From an uncultured Fibrobacteria bacterium (GTDB lineage Bacteria; Fibrobacterota; Fibrobacteria; UBA11236): a stretch of 64,000 bases of DNA. The first letter of the stretch is position 1, and the number at the start of each line of letters is the position of its first letter. A model generated the notes under the pieces. That model had not been told where the DNA came from. It worked only from the letters and a program-made list of their open reading frames with translations, and searched no databases. The translations under genes were made by a program, and so were the position numbers. Shown here piece by piece: positions 48,601-57,839 of the stretch. The stretch lies in NCBI GenBank assembly GCA_963716395.1, contig OY970309.1, positions 2,880,001 through 2,944,000 on the forward strand, written 5' to 3'.

Positions 48601-50551
48601 TACCCAACCTCCCGATCCCGTGGATTTCGGCGGAGTGGATTTGAGCTTGGGGGCCAACGGCGTTTACACGGGGCCCGACATGGTGGAGACGGTCAACGGC
48701 AAGGCGGTGATTTCCTATACCGAAGACCCCTACATCACGGCCTATTACCAGGGCGTGCACGTATTCGGTTACGGCCCCGATTACACCAGCGACGTGTTGC
48801 AAGTGAAACGCCAGGCCGCCTTATCGCTCACCCTTCCCGTGGCCACGCCCCAGGATCGCCTGGACCTGCGCCAGGAAAACGATACCTTGACCTTGGCCGG
48901 CCGGGCCTCCAGCACCCCCGACGGGCATATCGATGAAATCGTGATCAACGGAACCGATCTCCCCGCCGCGGAAATGAAATCCGATTCCGCCGGCCAGGAG
49001 GTGTCGTTCTCCCATCTCGTCAACCTGACGGAAGGCACCAACGTCTTCGATGTGATCGCCTGGGACACCGCCCATTGCGCCTTCCAGTCGCGCAAGCTCA
49101 TCGTGAATTGGAGCAAGGCGCCGCCGTTGCCCCCGCCGCAAGCGGACAAGCCCGTGGCCAATCCTCCCGGCCAAGCCGGGCACGACTCCCTCGTGGTGGC
49201 TTTGAGTTCCACCACGCCCGGAGCCGCCATTTGGTACACCGAGGATGGAACCGATCCCGCGCCCGGTGGATCCGGTTCCACGCTTTACACCGGCGTGCTG
49301 ACCTTGAAAAACCAAGTGACCCTGAAGGCCATCGCCGTGGCTGCCGGATTTTCGCCCAGCGATATCATGGTCGAGACCTACGACGTGCTTCCTTATCAGG
49401 TGGCCAATATCCGCACGGCCACCTTGGTCGACAACGATGCCGACGGTTATGCCGACGAAGTGGTGATCGCCTTGGATACGACCCAGGGCGCACCCAGCCT
49501 GGCCGTGGTGGCCGCGCAATTGCAAGGCGCGAAATTGACTTCCAATTTGGTGGCGGGGGCGTTCACCTTGACCGGCGACACGATTCGGCTCGCGCTGGCC
49601 AAAAACCTGTTGTGGGTGCAGGACGGCGTCGAGAAATTGACCTTGCCTCCGCCGGCGCAGCTCCAGGATGGCATGCTGCGCCCCGGCGACTTTACCTTGC
49701 GCGACGGCGTCGCGCCCGTATTGCGTCGGGCCGTTTTGCATCCAGGTCTGGCAGGGAATCCGGACTCCCTCTTGGTGGTGTTTTCCGAAGCCGTCCACCT
49801 CGACGGCATCGGGTCGCCCTTCACCGTCCTTCGAACTCCCGATAGCCTGACTTACGCCTTCAACCTCGCGGCGGGGACCCAAATCGACACGCTCTCCCTG
49901 GCCGCCGGCGAAACGGCGTATCTCTTGCCGGTGCGGTCCGTAACCGGGCCCGGTAACGCGGCGGTAACGCCCCAGACGGGGGATTGGGTGTGGATCGATC
50001 CCGCGGCGGGGGTGGCGGATAACGTGGGCAATTCCCAGGCGAACCCGGCCAATGCCCGGGTGCCGCTGCAAGTCGAGGTGACCTTGGCCGAGTCGATGCG
50101 GATCATCGCGGACGCCCGAGGCATCTCCCATGTGGTCCTGGGCATGCCCGGACCTTGGACCGTGTACGGCGGGCCGCAGATCCAGGGTACTTTCGGCGCG
50201 GGCGCGTCCCTGCCGGTTTATCCCACCCCACCCGACTTGAATTCCACCGCAGGCCTGATCGTGGAAAGCACCGCCCCCTTCGTCCTCACCCTTTGGGTGC
50301 ATTCCAATCTCGGCGAATTCGTCAACAAGGTGACGCTGAACGTCGACGCCGCCGAATTCAACAAGTTGGAATTGGGCGATGCGCCGGGGTCGCGACGCCT
50401 GCATTTGCTGTGGAACGGGGCCTCACATCATGGCGATTTGGTCGGAACGGGCGCCTATGTGTTTATGTGGGACATGGTCTTTTTCCCCACCGGCGAACCC
50501 GCCCACCGCGTCACGGGAAAACGTATCGTGGGCATTCTCCGTTCCCAATGA
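45647..50551 (+). CDS. Multimodular GH9 glycoside hydrolase (Ig-GH9-2xFN3-CBM3-like-Ig/CHB-C-terminal sorting-like domain)
   Basis: IRVNQVGYLP, GGWHDCGDHIK, DGIPDVLYE, HPHNR, NTETCID; LELRFYFT (CBM3-like); IWYTEDGTDP; C-terminus VGTGAYVF...GILR. Confidence 0.9.
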   Translation: MTRKLRFLAGTVLCSAVTLSAQVVVDKTCAACSRLKNDSLNLLVRNIRVNQVGYLPDDPNKAAFVANPSSQTFSVVEASTRKTVFTGTLKDVGSYTEGAMAIYSYYNSITPLDSLIRPAVNDHLYRADFSAFTTPGVYLLTCGSDTSSHFSLDPKVYNYVFETSLKFFGAQRCGDTHSWMHKACHLKDGDFLGPQYAGALTGGWHDCGDHIKVGETIGYAASVLAMTYVFFPQKAEDFFGASYSDTLPFGNDGIPDVLYEAKIGADFILKLYKVSKQLGLIDQGDMYHSIIDLEDHQYWDVPEHQDLAPHSKGGPPRTPRAGIGANVAGMYAAALAFFSWGWEPFDPAYAQECLAAATDIYDKIVIPKRGTPTLNEQGLYTGGGETRDDEALAALALWYATKDPRFRKDLLENTALGSDNTAQFNQGIFPAGLLAYGNGRPFAPGGWTSDYQNTFVYVLYGLSKLIVGNHATAAAYGISATVADSLNQDAVAALKRLVQTNSNGSTTYGAIHADEPYHGVFTSVAWGFNRYNMGTVMGLFFYWDLTHDPLYYNIGIDNLNYILGMNPWDISFIMGTGEKNLQHPHNRAANPEGYNAGGLPYDYTCPKGALMGGASPDSGVLIDKWDSYVNTETCIDFSAQLITSLQMLAMDLPPDTTGPKFRNVNIFPDVTTALVIWSTDEISRDTLFVLDAPGGKVLQTLPDDSLARNHQITVSGLTANTTYYVYFAGIDIHNNYTVDKNNGQYWKFTTKAALVPAAITQVKVCNETDQSAMVTWWTRNGYYSSEVDYGKTTALGQTQSPDDAGIPTMFHQVTLQQLDAATLYYFQVVSGATTDNNAGNFYNFSTTQVLVDYTIRIKPTNKDDGGKGTHFYIDVTNNENRPYYGLELRFYFTADATTAHDLVARGFDHQRFDVGGVAIPLNITYGAAQQVPGTTDQWYFPITLNDTLSVASRARFDLQINSGGPNGYNDQPFSFFQNAWSIRAHTQPPDPVDFGGVDLSLGANGVYTGPDMVETVNGKAVISYTEDPYITAYYQGVHVFGYGPDYTSDVLQVKRQAALSLTLPVATPQDRLDLRQENDTLTLAGRASSTPDGHIDEIVINGTDLPAAEMKSDSAGQEVSFSHLVNLTEGTNVFDVIAWDTAHCAFQSRKLIVNWSKAPPLPPPQADKPVANPPGQAGHDSLVVALSSTTPGAAIWYTEDGTDPAPGGSGSTLYTGVLTLKNQVTLKAIAVAAGFSPSDIMVETYDVLPYQVANIRTATLVDNDADGYADEVVIALDTTQGAPSLAVVAAQLQGAKLTSNLVAGAFTLTGDTIRLALAKNLLWVQDGVEKLTLPPPAQLQDGMLRPGDFTLRDGVAPVLRRAVLHPGLAGNPDSLLVVFSEAVHLDGIGSPFTVLRTPDSLTYAFNLAAGTQIDTLSLAAGETAYLLPVRSVTGPGNAAVTPQTGDWVWIDPAAGVADNVGNSQANPANARVPLQVEVTLAESMRIIADARGISHVVLGMPGPWTVYGGPQIQGTFGAGASLPVYPTPPDLNSTAGLIVESTAPFVLTLWVHSNLGEFVNKVTLNVDAAEFNKLELGDAPGSRRLHLLWNGASHHGDLVGTGAYVFMWDMVFFPTGEPAHRVTGKRIVGILRSQ

Positions 50552-50718
50552 TCTGGTAACTCCGGGTCGGGGCGCACGGCCACGCCCGCCGTTGCCATTT
50601 CGGACTTGATGCCAGCACCCGGCGGAAAATCAGGCGCCGGAAAATGCCGAGGTTGGCGGAATGCTCTCCAAATGCGCAAGGGTATCGGGATTTCGTCCGG
50701 TTCCCGATTTACCCGCTT

Positions 50719-51288
50719 TCAGGAGTCGGAGAAGTTTTCGCCTTCGAGGATTCCCTCCAGGGGATAGGTCGATTCCAGCGAATGCAGCGCGCCTTCGGGC
50801 GTCAAGCGGCTGGTGTAAAGATGGAATTGCTGTGCCGGCACGGCGGGCGCGGAAAAGAGGGAATGGGCCACTTCGAAAAGTCCGGTTTGCCGGGCCGCGC
50901 CGTTCTTGAGACGGCCCAAGGTGACATGGGGATGAAACTTGCGGCCTTCGGGTCCGATGCCGGCGCGCGACAGGGCGCTGTCGAGACGGAAGCGCAGCCG
51001 GAGCAGGGCATCGCAGGCCGGTACGCCCACCCACAAGGTTTCCGGATGGCCGCGCAGGGGAAAATGCCCCACGCCTTTCAGGTCGAAGTAAAACGACTCG
51101 GCGCGCACTTCATGCAAAGCGTGGCGAATGTCCTCGAGCACCGGATCGCCTACTGCGCCTAGAAAGCGCAAGGTCAAATGGTATTGATGCGGAGGCACCC
51201 ACACCGTGCCGGGAAGGCCTTCGGCGATTTCATGCAGACGGTCGGCGACAGGGGCAGGCAAATCCAGGGCGATAAAGGTTCTAGGCAT
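50719..51288 (-). CDS. thpR: RNA 2',3'-cyclic phosphodiesterase (2H family)
   Basis: RTFIAL and two HxT motifs (HLTLRFLG, HPHVTLGR). Confidence 0.9.
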   Translation of the reverse strand: MPRTFIALDLPAPVADRLHEIAEGLPGTVWVPPHQYHLTLRFLGAVGDPVLEDIRHALHEVRAESFYFDLKGVGHFPLRGHPETLWVGVPACDALLRLRFRLDSALSRAGIGPEGRKFHPHVTLGRLKNGAARQTGLFEVAHSLFSAPAVPAQQFHLYTSRLTPEGALHSLESTYPLEGILEGENFSDS

Positions 51289-51601
51289 GCCCGGTTTCCT
51301 TTTCCAGCCAGCGCAAGTAGGCCGGGTGGCCGCCGCCTACCGGGAGAAACACCACGCACGGGCAGGCCGCGGGATGCAATTCCACGGCGCGGGCCAAAAG
51401 GGCTGCTTGCCGATCGGCCGTGGTTTTGGCGATCAGTACGGCTTCTTCAGTGTGCTCCACTTCGCCTTCCCACCAATACCAGGATTCCATGTGCGGCAGT
51501 ATGTTGATGCAGGCGGCCAGGCGTTCGGCGACCAAGGTTTTTCCGATGCGCCGCGCCTCGTCCCGGTTGGGAACCGTGAGATAGGCAAATACGATTTCCA
51601 T
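51281..51601 (-). CDS. cutA: Divalent-cation tolerance protein CutA
   Basis: LVAERLAACINI, SWYWWEG, IAKTT, LHP...PC, YLRWL. Confidence 0.9.
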   Translation of the reverse strand: MEIVFAYLTVPNRDEARRIGKTLVAERLAACINILPHMESWYWWEGEVEHTEEAVLIAKTTADRQAALLARAVELHPAACPCVVFLPVGGGHPAYLRWLEKETGHA

Positions 51602-51670
51602 ACGGACTCCCGCACAATGCTCAGGCCCGGTGTCGTACAATCGGTTTCGACAAGTTAAAAAAAGCAAAAT

Positions 51671-54010
51671 GTGTATGATATGGAATCTCCCATGCAGCTT
51701 TGGAACCTCGCCGCCCTCTGCGGTCTGCTCGGCGCGGCGCCGCTGTGCGCCTTCGTCACCTTGAACACCTCGGGGCCCGACGCTGATTCGGCCGACCTCG
51801 TCGCACCCGTCCGCCCCGCCGTCGACAGCACCGCGGCCGCGGTCTCTCCACCCGCAACGCCTCCGGCGCCGGGCGCCGTGCTGTTCGTGGCCGGCGGCGA
51901 TCAGCGCGTGTATGCGGCCTGGGGGCTGCTGGAGGCCATGCAGGAATTTCATTTACGCCCCGACGCCGTAGTCGCCGAAGGCGCGGCGGCCCTGCCCGCC
52001 GCGGTGTTCGTCCTTGGGTATCCTATGAGTTACCTTGACTCCCTGCCTCCGAGGCTGTGGGGCGGCGGCCGGGGCCCCGGCCCAACGGAAACCGCCGCGT
52101 CGGCGGATCCGCGTTGGAACGCTGCGGAGGCGTTGCCGTGGCGCTGGAACCCGGAGGAGCACCGCGCCGATCTGCCGGCATGGCTGTTGCCCGAGACACC
52201 GGCGTCGGAATGCGGCGCCGGTCCGGAACTTTCCTGGCGCATCGCACAATTGATCCGGGGCGCGCCCGACACCGCCGCGGCCCGCAACCACGGAGCCGTA
52301 CGGCTGGCTTTTCAAATGACCGAGGCGCGCTCGGGGTTGCCGCGTTGGGTCGAAAACGATTCGCTGCAAGCCCTGATTGCAGCCAGCCTGGTTCCGGCCG
52401 CCGCCGCCGCGGCCTGTGATACTCCGCCGGAATGGATCGGCGGCGGCGTGGTTTCCAACGGTAAACCCCTGGCGGCCAATTGGCCCGTGGCGCCGGCGCA
52501 CCTGGTGTTTTTGCAAATGCCGCCGTCGGCGCCGCCCCGTCCGCTGGCGCCGGTTTCGGCGCTCGACTCGCTGCGGCAGACCTGGAACCGCGGCAGCCCC
52601 GACGCCGATCAGGTTCCGCCCGGCACAAACCTGGTTCCCCTCGCCCTGGAGCGCGAACCCGGCTTGCCACCCGATGATTCGGCGGCGGCCTGGATGCAAA
52701 TGGGCTATCGCGCCGGGCTGCGATCGCTGGACGTGCTGCGCCGCGTGTTCCGCACCGATACCACGACGCCGCCGGCGGTGCCGCCGGCCGGCGACGCGCG
52801 CGCCTTGTGGATGAACGCGTCCCTCAACCCCGTCGACGATGCGAACCTGCAATTGCTGCGGCAACGCCTGCGTTACCTGCCGCGGTCGGGCGACGCCGAG
52901 GATTGGATCCCGGAATTGTTCGGCGGGGGTTATTTCTCCCACGTGAGCATGGAATGGATTCCGCCGGCGCGCGCCGGCGACGCTGAGGGTTTGCAAATCA
53001 CGGCCGATGAACATGCCAGCCTCGGCGTCGCGGGCGGCGCCGCTTACCAGAGTCTGGGGCAGCCGCTGTTCCGCCGGGCCCCGTCGGTGTTCGGCACGGC
53101 CTATTGGGCTGAGCCCTATTATCTGCCGTATCGCATCCAGGTGGCGGGCGGGGCGGGCGGCATTCATCCGGGCGCCGGAGCCGGCCTGACGCTGGAGCCT
53201 CCCTGGTGGTGGTGGCTGCGATTTTCGGTGTACGCCCTTTTTGACGAATATCAGTTCGACGTACCCACCCCCGCTTGGAGCGAAGCCGGTGCGCAGGCGT
53301 TTTTTCTGCGCGAACAAGAGAGCGGATTGCATATCGCCATCGGTCCTTCGGCGCGGCGACGCCTGGACTTGGAGGTGACCCACCGAATTTTGCAAAACCT
53401 CAACGCCTCGCCCGCTTTTGAAGAGTCGGGATACGAAGCGGTCAATTTCCAGGCCGGGCTTTTGTTTCAGACCGCCGTCGGCGCGGCTTGGAAGGGACGG
53501 CTGCGGGCCACCGCGGCTTACATCGATCCCCTGGTTTTGCCGGGCGTGGTGCGCCCGCCTTATGCGGCCGATGGCCTGGATTTTCAAGCGGTGTGGAGGG
53601 GATTGGAAGTGGCGGGACAGGGGCAGTATACCGATGCGCCTGATCCCAATGACCCAGACGAATACGATCAATGGAACATGCCTTCGGTCTGGCCGCTCAG
53701 CTTCGGCGATCAAGTTTGGCTGCCGTCCTGGCGGCATCGGCGCTATGCGGCGATGGAAGGCGGCTTCAATGCCGCGTTGGGCCTGCTGCACCTACGCGTC
53801 GTGGCCGGTGGAACCAAATTTTGGTCGCTTGATGGGAACGGCTTGGAACAACCCACCCAAAAACCCTTTTGGGAAACCGATCTGGCGCTACCCGGTTTTT
53901 TCGGTCCCTGGCGCGTGGCCGCCGGCGGTTTCGATCACTTCGGGCCGTTTTTCCTGTTGCAATGGGGAACAAACTTCGACGTGCACGGCTTTTTCAACGA
54001 GTGGAATTGA
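51671..54010 (+). CDS. Exported protein with a degenerate patatin-like N-domain and probable C-terminal beta-barrel
   Basis: Signal peptide; LFVAGGDQRVYAAWGLLEAM...PDAVVAEGAAAL resembles the patatin N-terminus without GxSxG; aromatic amphipathic C-terminal strands. Confidence 0.5.
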   Translation: MYDMESPMQLWNLAALCGLLGAAPLCAFVTLNTSGPDADSADLVAPVRPAVDSTAAAVSPPATPPAPGAVLFVAGGDQRVYAAWGLLEAMQEFHLRPDAVVAEGAAALPAAVFVLGYPMSYLDSLPPRLWGGGRGPGPTETAASADPRWNAAEALPWRWNPEEHRADLPAWLLPETPASECGAGPELSWRIAQLIRGAPDTAAARNHGAVRLAFQMTEARSGLPRWVENDSLQALIAASLVPAAAAAACDTPPEWIGGGVVSNGKPLAANWPVAPAHLVFLQMPPSAPPRPLAPVSALDSLRQTWNRGSPDADQVPPGTNLVPLALEREPGLPPDDSAAAWMQMGYRAGLRSLDVLRRVFRTDTTTPPAVPPAGDARALWMNASLNPVDDANLQLLRQRLRYLPRSGDAEDWIPELFGGGYFSHVSMEWIPPARAGDAEGLQITADEHASLGVAGGAAYQSLGQPLFRRAPSVFGTAYWAEPYYLPYRIQVAGGAGGIHPGAGAGLTLEPPWWWWLRFSVYALFDEYQFDVPTPAWSEAGAQAFFLREQESGLHIAIGPSARRRLDLEVTHRILQNLNASPAFEESGYEAVNFQAGLLFQTAVGAAWKGRLRATAAYIDPLVLPGVVRPPYAADGLDFQAVWRGLEVAGQGQYTDAPDPNDPDEYDQWNMPSVWPLSFGDQVWLPSWRHRRYAAMEGGFNAALGLLHLRVVAGGTKFWSLDGNGLEQPTQKPFWETDLALPGFFGPWRVAAGGFDHFGPFFLLQWGTNFDVHGFFNEWN

Positions 54011-54084
54011 CCTTCGCATAAATTCGGCTTTGGACCGGCTTTTCTCCACCCCATATAATCAGGCCGGAATTACGCGGAGAGCAA

Positions 54085-54417
54085 ATGCTTACGAGTTTGG
54101 CGCGGGTTTTCTCCACGCAGGGCGTGGTGGTACCCGATACCCGGTGGCGCTCCCTGCCGCCGACATCGGTGCCGGTGGCGGGTCGATCCAACGGCGGGTT
54201 CTCCCAGCAAGCCTACCGGCTCCAGTTGTCGCAATCCGCAAGCGGGGCCGAGGATAACCAGGCGCCGGGGCGTGGCGCCAGGGTTGCCCCGCCGCCCGAC
54301 GCCGGAGAGCAGAACGGGGTGGGCACGGGCGATGCGGGAGACGCATCGGAATCCGGGGCGCGCGGCTATGGAACTCCGCCTTCGCCGACCGGCCGAAAGT
54401 TGGATTTGCAGGCGTAG
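54085..54417 (+). CDS. Small hypothetical protein
   Basis: TATAAT and GGAG upstream; low-complexity ORF ending GRKLDLQA. Confidence 0.45.
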   Translation: MLTSLARVFSTQGVVVPDTRWRSLPPTSVPVAGRSNGGFSQQAYRLQLSQSASGAEDNQAPGRGARVAPPPDAGEQNGVGTGDAGDASESGARGYGTPPSPTGRKLDLQA

Positions 54418-54564
54418 GCCTTTCTTCATTATCCTCCGCTCCAATCCGCATCCTACGGGGCGGCGGGTCTTCCCAGCGGGTAACCGAGGATCGAAGGTCT
54501 TGCTCGCGAGGCATTCCTTACGCGTAGGAAATATCTTTTGGCTTTTCCTTTGCGAAAGGCTCCG

Positions 54565-55157
54565 ATGTCCGCCCCGCGTTCTTCACCACTCCGCCGTCAA
54601 TCCTCTTCGCCCCATACGGAGGCCCGGATATCCGTGCGCTCCCGCCGGCGCCCGTCCGCAAAGGCGGCGCGGAACAAGCCCGGCCCCCTGGTGGGCGTCA
54701 TCATGGGCAGCCGGTCGGATTGGGAGACCATGCGCGCCGCCGCCGATACCCTGCGGGAATTGGGGATCCCCACGAAACCCAGGTGGTGTCGGCGCACCGC
54801 ACGCCCGATTGGATGTTTGCGTACGCGCGGTCCGCGGCCGACCGCGGTCTCGAAGCCCTCATCGCGGGTGCGGGCGGAGCGGCGCATCTGCCCGGCATGA
54901 CCGCCGCGCTCACGGTGCTTCCCGTGATTGGTGTCCCGATATCTTCCAAAAGTCTCCAGGGGCTCGATGCCCTGCTCTCCATCGTTCAGATGCCGGCCGG
55001 CGTACCCGTGGCGGCCGTGGCCATCGGCAACGCCCGCAACGCCGCGTTGCTGGCGGCCCGCATACTGGGCGCCAAGCATCCCGAGTTGCGCACGGCCCTG
55101 GCCTCGCTGCAACGCCAGCAGGCGAAATCCGTGCGCGCCCGGGGGCTGCCGCGATGA
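54565..55157 (+). CDS. purE: N5-carboxyaminoimidazole ribonucleotide mutase, frameshifted at the C4 run near 54770
   Basis: [11 protein letters not shown] in one frame; [21 protein letters not shown] and [11 protein letters not shown] in another. One extra C restores the ORF. Confidence 0.92.
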
Positions 55158-56305
55158 GCGATCGCGACGCGCCTGTGACGCCCGGCGCCGTCCTGGGTCT
55201 TCTCGGCGGCGGGCAATTGGGGCGCATGTTCGCCCTGGAGGCGAAACGCATGGGTTACCGGGTGGCGGTGCTTGAACCGGCGCACGATGCGCCGTGCAGT
55301 CAGGTGGCCGACGAAGTTCTGGCCGCGCCCTATACCGATCGCGCCGCCTTGCGTCGCCTGAGCGAAATCAGCGCCGTGCTCACCTACGAATTCGAAAACG
55401 TCGATGCCGACTCCGTGGAATTCCTGGAAAGCCTGGAGAGCCCCGTGTTTCCCGGCAGCCGGGCCTTGCGCATCACCCAGGATCGCCTGCGGGAAAAATC
55501 GTTCGCCCGCGAGGCGGGCATCGGCGTCACCGCCTTTGCCTCCGTTGCCGCCGAAGAAGATTTGCAGCCTGCGGCCGGGGTTGTGGGGTTTCCCGCCATT
55601 TTGAAAACCGCACGCGGGGGCTATGACGGCAAGGGGCAACGCCGCGTGCGCGATGCGGCGGAACTGCGCGCGGCGCGGGGCGAATTGCCCGGCCCGTTGA
55701 TTCTGGAACGGGTCGTTCCCTTTGCCTGCGAACTCAGCGTGGTCGCCTGCCGCGGACGCGATGGGTCTTTCGCCGCCTATCCGCCGGCCGAGAACCTGCA
55801 TGTGCGCGGCATTCTCGACACCTCGCTGCTGCCGGCGCGCGTTTCCGCCGACACGGCCGCTGCGGCGCAAGCCATCGCCCGCCGCGTAGGCGAAGGCCTG
55901 CATTTGGTCGGCGCGTATTGCGTGGAACTGTTCGCCTTGGAAGATGGCGGCCTGCTTCTCAATGAAATCGCGCCGCGTCCGCATAACTCCGGGCATGCCA
56001 CCTTGGATGCCTGCCTGTGTTCCCAATTCGAGCAACAGGTACGCGCCATTTGCGGCTTGCCGTTGGGCTCCACCACCTTGCTTCGCAGCGCGGCGCTGAT
56101 CAATATTTTGGGAACCGGTCAGGGCAACCAACTGCAAGGGGTGGCCGAATTGTTGCGAAACCAGGACACGGCCTTACATCTCTACGGCAAAACCATCGCC
56201 GCGCCCGGACGTAAAATGGGGCATATCACCGTCTTGGGTGATTCTCCGGATGCGGCCATGGCCCAGGCGCAATCCTTGCGCCACCATTTAAATTGGCGGT
56301 CGTAA
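55154..56305 (+). CDS. purK: N5-carboxyaminoimidazole ribonucleotide synthase
   Basis: [51 protein letters not shown]. Confidence 0.95.
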   Translation: MSDRDAPVTPGAVLGLLGGGQLGRMFALEAKRMGYRVAVLEPAHDAPCSQVADEVLAAPYTDRAALRRLSEISAVLTYEFENVDADSVEFLESLESPVFPGSRALRITQDRLREKSFAREAGIGVTAFASVAAEEDLQPAAGVVGFPAILKTARGGYDGKGQRRVRDAAELRAARGELPGPLILERVVPFACELSVVACRGRDGSFAAYPPAENLHVRGILDTSLLPARVSADTAAAAQAIARRVGEGLHLVGAYCVELFALEDGGLLLNEIAPRPHNSGHATLDACLCSQFEQQVRAICGLPLGSTTLLRSAALINILGTGQGNQLQGVAELLRNQDTALHLYGKTIAAPGRKMGHITVLGDSPDAAMAQAQSLRHHLNWRS

Positions 56306-56428
56306 TCTCCCTCCGCCGCGGGGCGGGCTCTTTCCCCTTTGGCTTTTCCAATGTCCACCGAGACCAGAATGTTCATCATTTTGGGGATTTTAGGAAAAAA
56401 AATAAAGGTGTATCCCTGCCGTCCGAAA

Positions 56429-57031
56429 ATGCCGAATCTTACTTTCATCGCAGGGCCGCCAGTCCGCATGCAAGCTAACCCAGCGGAAGGCGGAGAATGG
56501 AATGTCACAATGGACGTGCAAACCTATGATGCAACCCAGGCCTTGGCCGACGATTTGGCCGATGCGCTCAAGCGTCTTTTCGAGGAAGGCAAGCTCGCGG
56601 GTTTTGAGGAAAAGTTGAAGCGAGCCGGAAAAAGCCTGCCCCCCGGAGGCAGCTTGGCGCTCAATTTTTCCGTGGAAGTATTCGACCCGAGCAAAGACAA
56701 GGCGTTGAAGACCAGCGACGCGGGGTTGGAATTCGACAGCGAAAATCCCCCACATTTTCTCACCTATGCGCCCACCCCAGCCCGCTATGTGGTCGACGGC
56801 GAAATCCGCAAGGTGCCGCATGATCATTGCCCGCATTGCTGGTCGCGCTGGAACTTCAAGTCGCGTTTCCGCGAATGCCCCACCTGCGGATATCAAATGG
56901 GGCGGGAAATCAAGCTCTTGCTCGATTCGGATATTTGTCCGCATTGCGAAAACAGCAAGATTTCCTTTGCCAACCCGCGTTGCGAAGCCTGCGGCTTCGT
57001 GGTCGACCGCAATCTCGTCGCCTGGGGTTGA
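56429..57031 (+). CDS. Hypothetical protein with a C-terminal double zinc ribbon
   Basis: Four CxxC motifs: CPHC, CPTC, CPHC, CEAC. Confidence 0.7.
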   Translation: MPNLTFIAGPPVRMQANPAEGGEWNVTMDVQTYDATQALADDLADALKRLFEEGKLAGFEEKLKRAGKSLPPGGSLALNFSVEVFDPSKDKALKTSDAGLEFDSENPPHFLTYAPTPARYVVDGEIRKVPHDHCPHCWSRWNFKSRFRECPTCGYQMGREIKLLLDSDICPHCENSKISFANPRCEACGFVVDRNLVAWG

Positions 57032-57113
57032 CGCCTCTCCGTTCATAGCCGCAGCCTATTTTCGGAAAATCCCGGTTTTGCCGGCCTTTGCCACGGGGTA
57101 TACTGACTCCGGA

Positions 57114-57524
57114 ATGCAACACAATTCCCGCGCCGAAATCGAAGAGCTGGTGCGGCGCTTGCAAACGCGCCCGTACCGCGATTCCGACATTCGCGAAGCC
57201 GCCGGCGTCATGGCCGACATGCTGGCCCATGCCGAAAGTCTGGCGCTCGGCGCGGAGTTTCTGGCGGCAAAATCCGATCAGGTGCAAAAACTTGGCTTCG
57301 GATTGTTGGAGTGCCTGGCGGCGCAGGCTCCCCAGGCGCGCGCCGTTTTGGATCAACCCATGGTGCAGGCCCAGCGGAAGAAACTATTCGGCGCCCCGGC
57401 CGCCGATGCCGGTGCCTCGAACAAACCGGGCTATACGGCCATGGCCGAAATCATCAAGATGTGGGTGCGCGAGGAAAAAAGCCGGGAGCCGAAAAAGCCG
57501 CAAGACTGGCTGCCGCGCCGTTGA
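57114..57524 (+). CDS. Hypothetical helical protein
   Basis: ORF from MQHNSRAEIEEL with typical codon usage; TATACT 9 nt upstream. Confidence 0.6.
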   Translation: MQHNSRAEIEELVRRLQTRPYRDSDIREAAGVMADMLAHAESLALGAEFLAAKSDQVQKLGFGLLECLAAQAPQARAVLDQPMVQAQRKKLFGAPAADAGASNKPGYTAMAEIIKMWVREEKSREPKKPQDWLPRR

Positions 57525-57536
57525 GGGGCCAAGCCT

Positions 57537-57833
57537 TCAGCCCGCGGGGCGGATGTGGAAGTCGTCGGGGCCGGGTTGCGCGGGAAGTTCTTCCACTTCC
57601 ACCGCTTCGACGCGCGCCGCCGAGGGACCGCGCCGGCACCAGCGCACAAAGGTTTCAACGGCTTCGTCGCGCCCCTGGGCTTCGGCGTAAACCGAACCGT
57701 CGCTTTCGTTGCGCACCCACCCGGCGAGCCCCAGGCGCTGGGCCTCGCTTTGCGCCGCGCGGCGATAGCAGACGCCTTGCACCTGCCCGCGGATGCGCAA
57801 GGAAACGCGTCGGTTACCCAAGGTTCCGGCCAT
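57537..57833 (-). CDS. acyP: Acylphosphatase
   Basis: GQVQGVCYR, GWVRN, GPSAARV. Confidence 0.92.
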   Translation of the reverse strand: MAGTLGNRRVSLRIRGQVQGVCYRRAAQSEAQRLGLAGWVRNESDGSVYAEAQGRDEAVETFVRWCRRGPSAARVEAVEVEELPAQPGPDDFHIRPAG

Positions 57834-57839
57834 GGTTTT

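Noticed and set aside
18276-53791. Long antisense ORFs (e.g. 18276-19988, 38704-40869, 41442-43061, 46829-48802, 51953-53791)
   Set aside because: They lie opposite well-supported genes, lack motifs, and are the expected stop-poor shadow frames of high-GC coding DNA.
54272-55153. 677-aa ORF suggesting an N-terminally extended PurK or a PurE-PurK fusion
   Set aside because: The extension is out-of-frame read-through across purE; PurK starts at ATG 55154, overlapping the purE stop.
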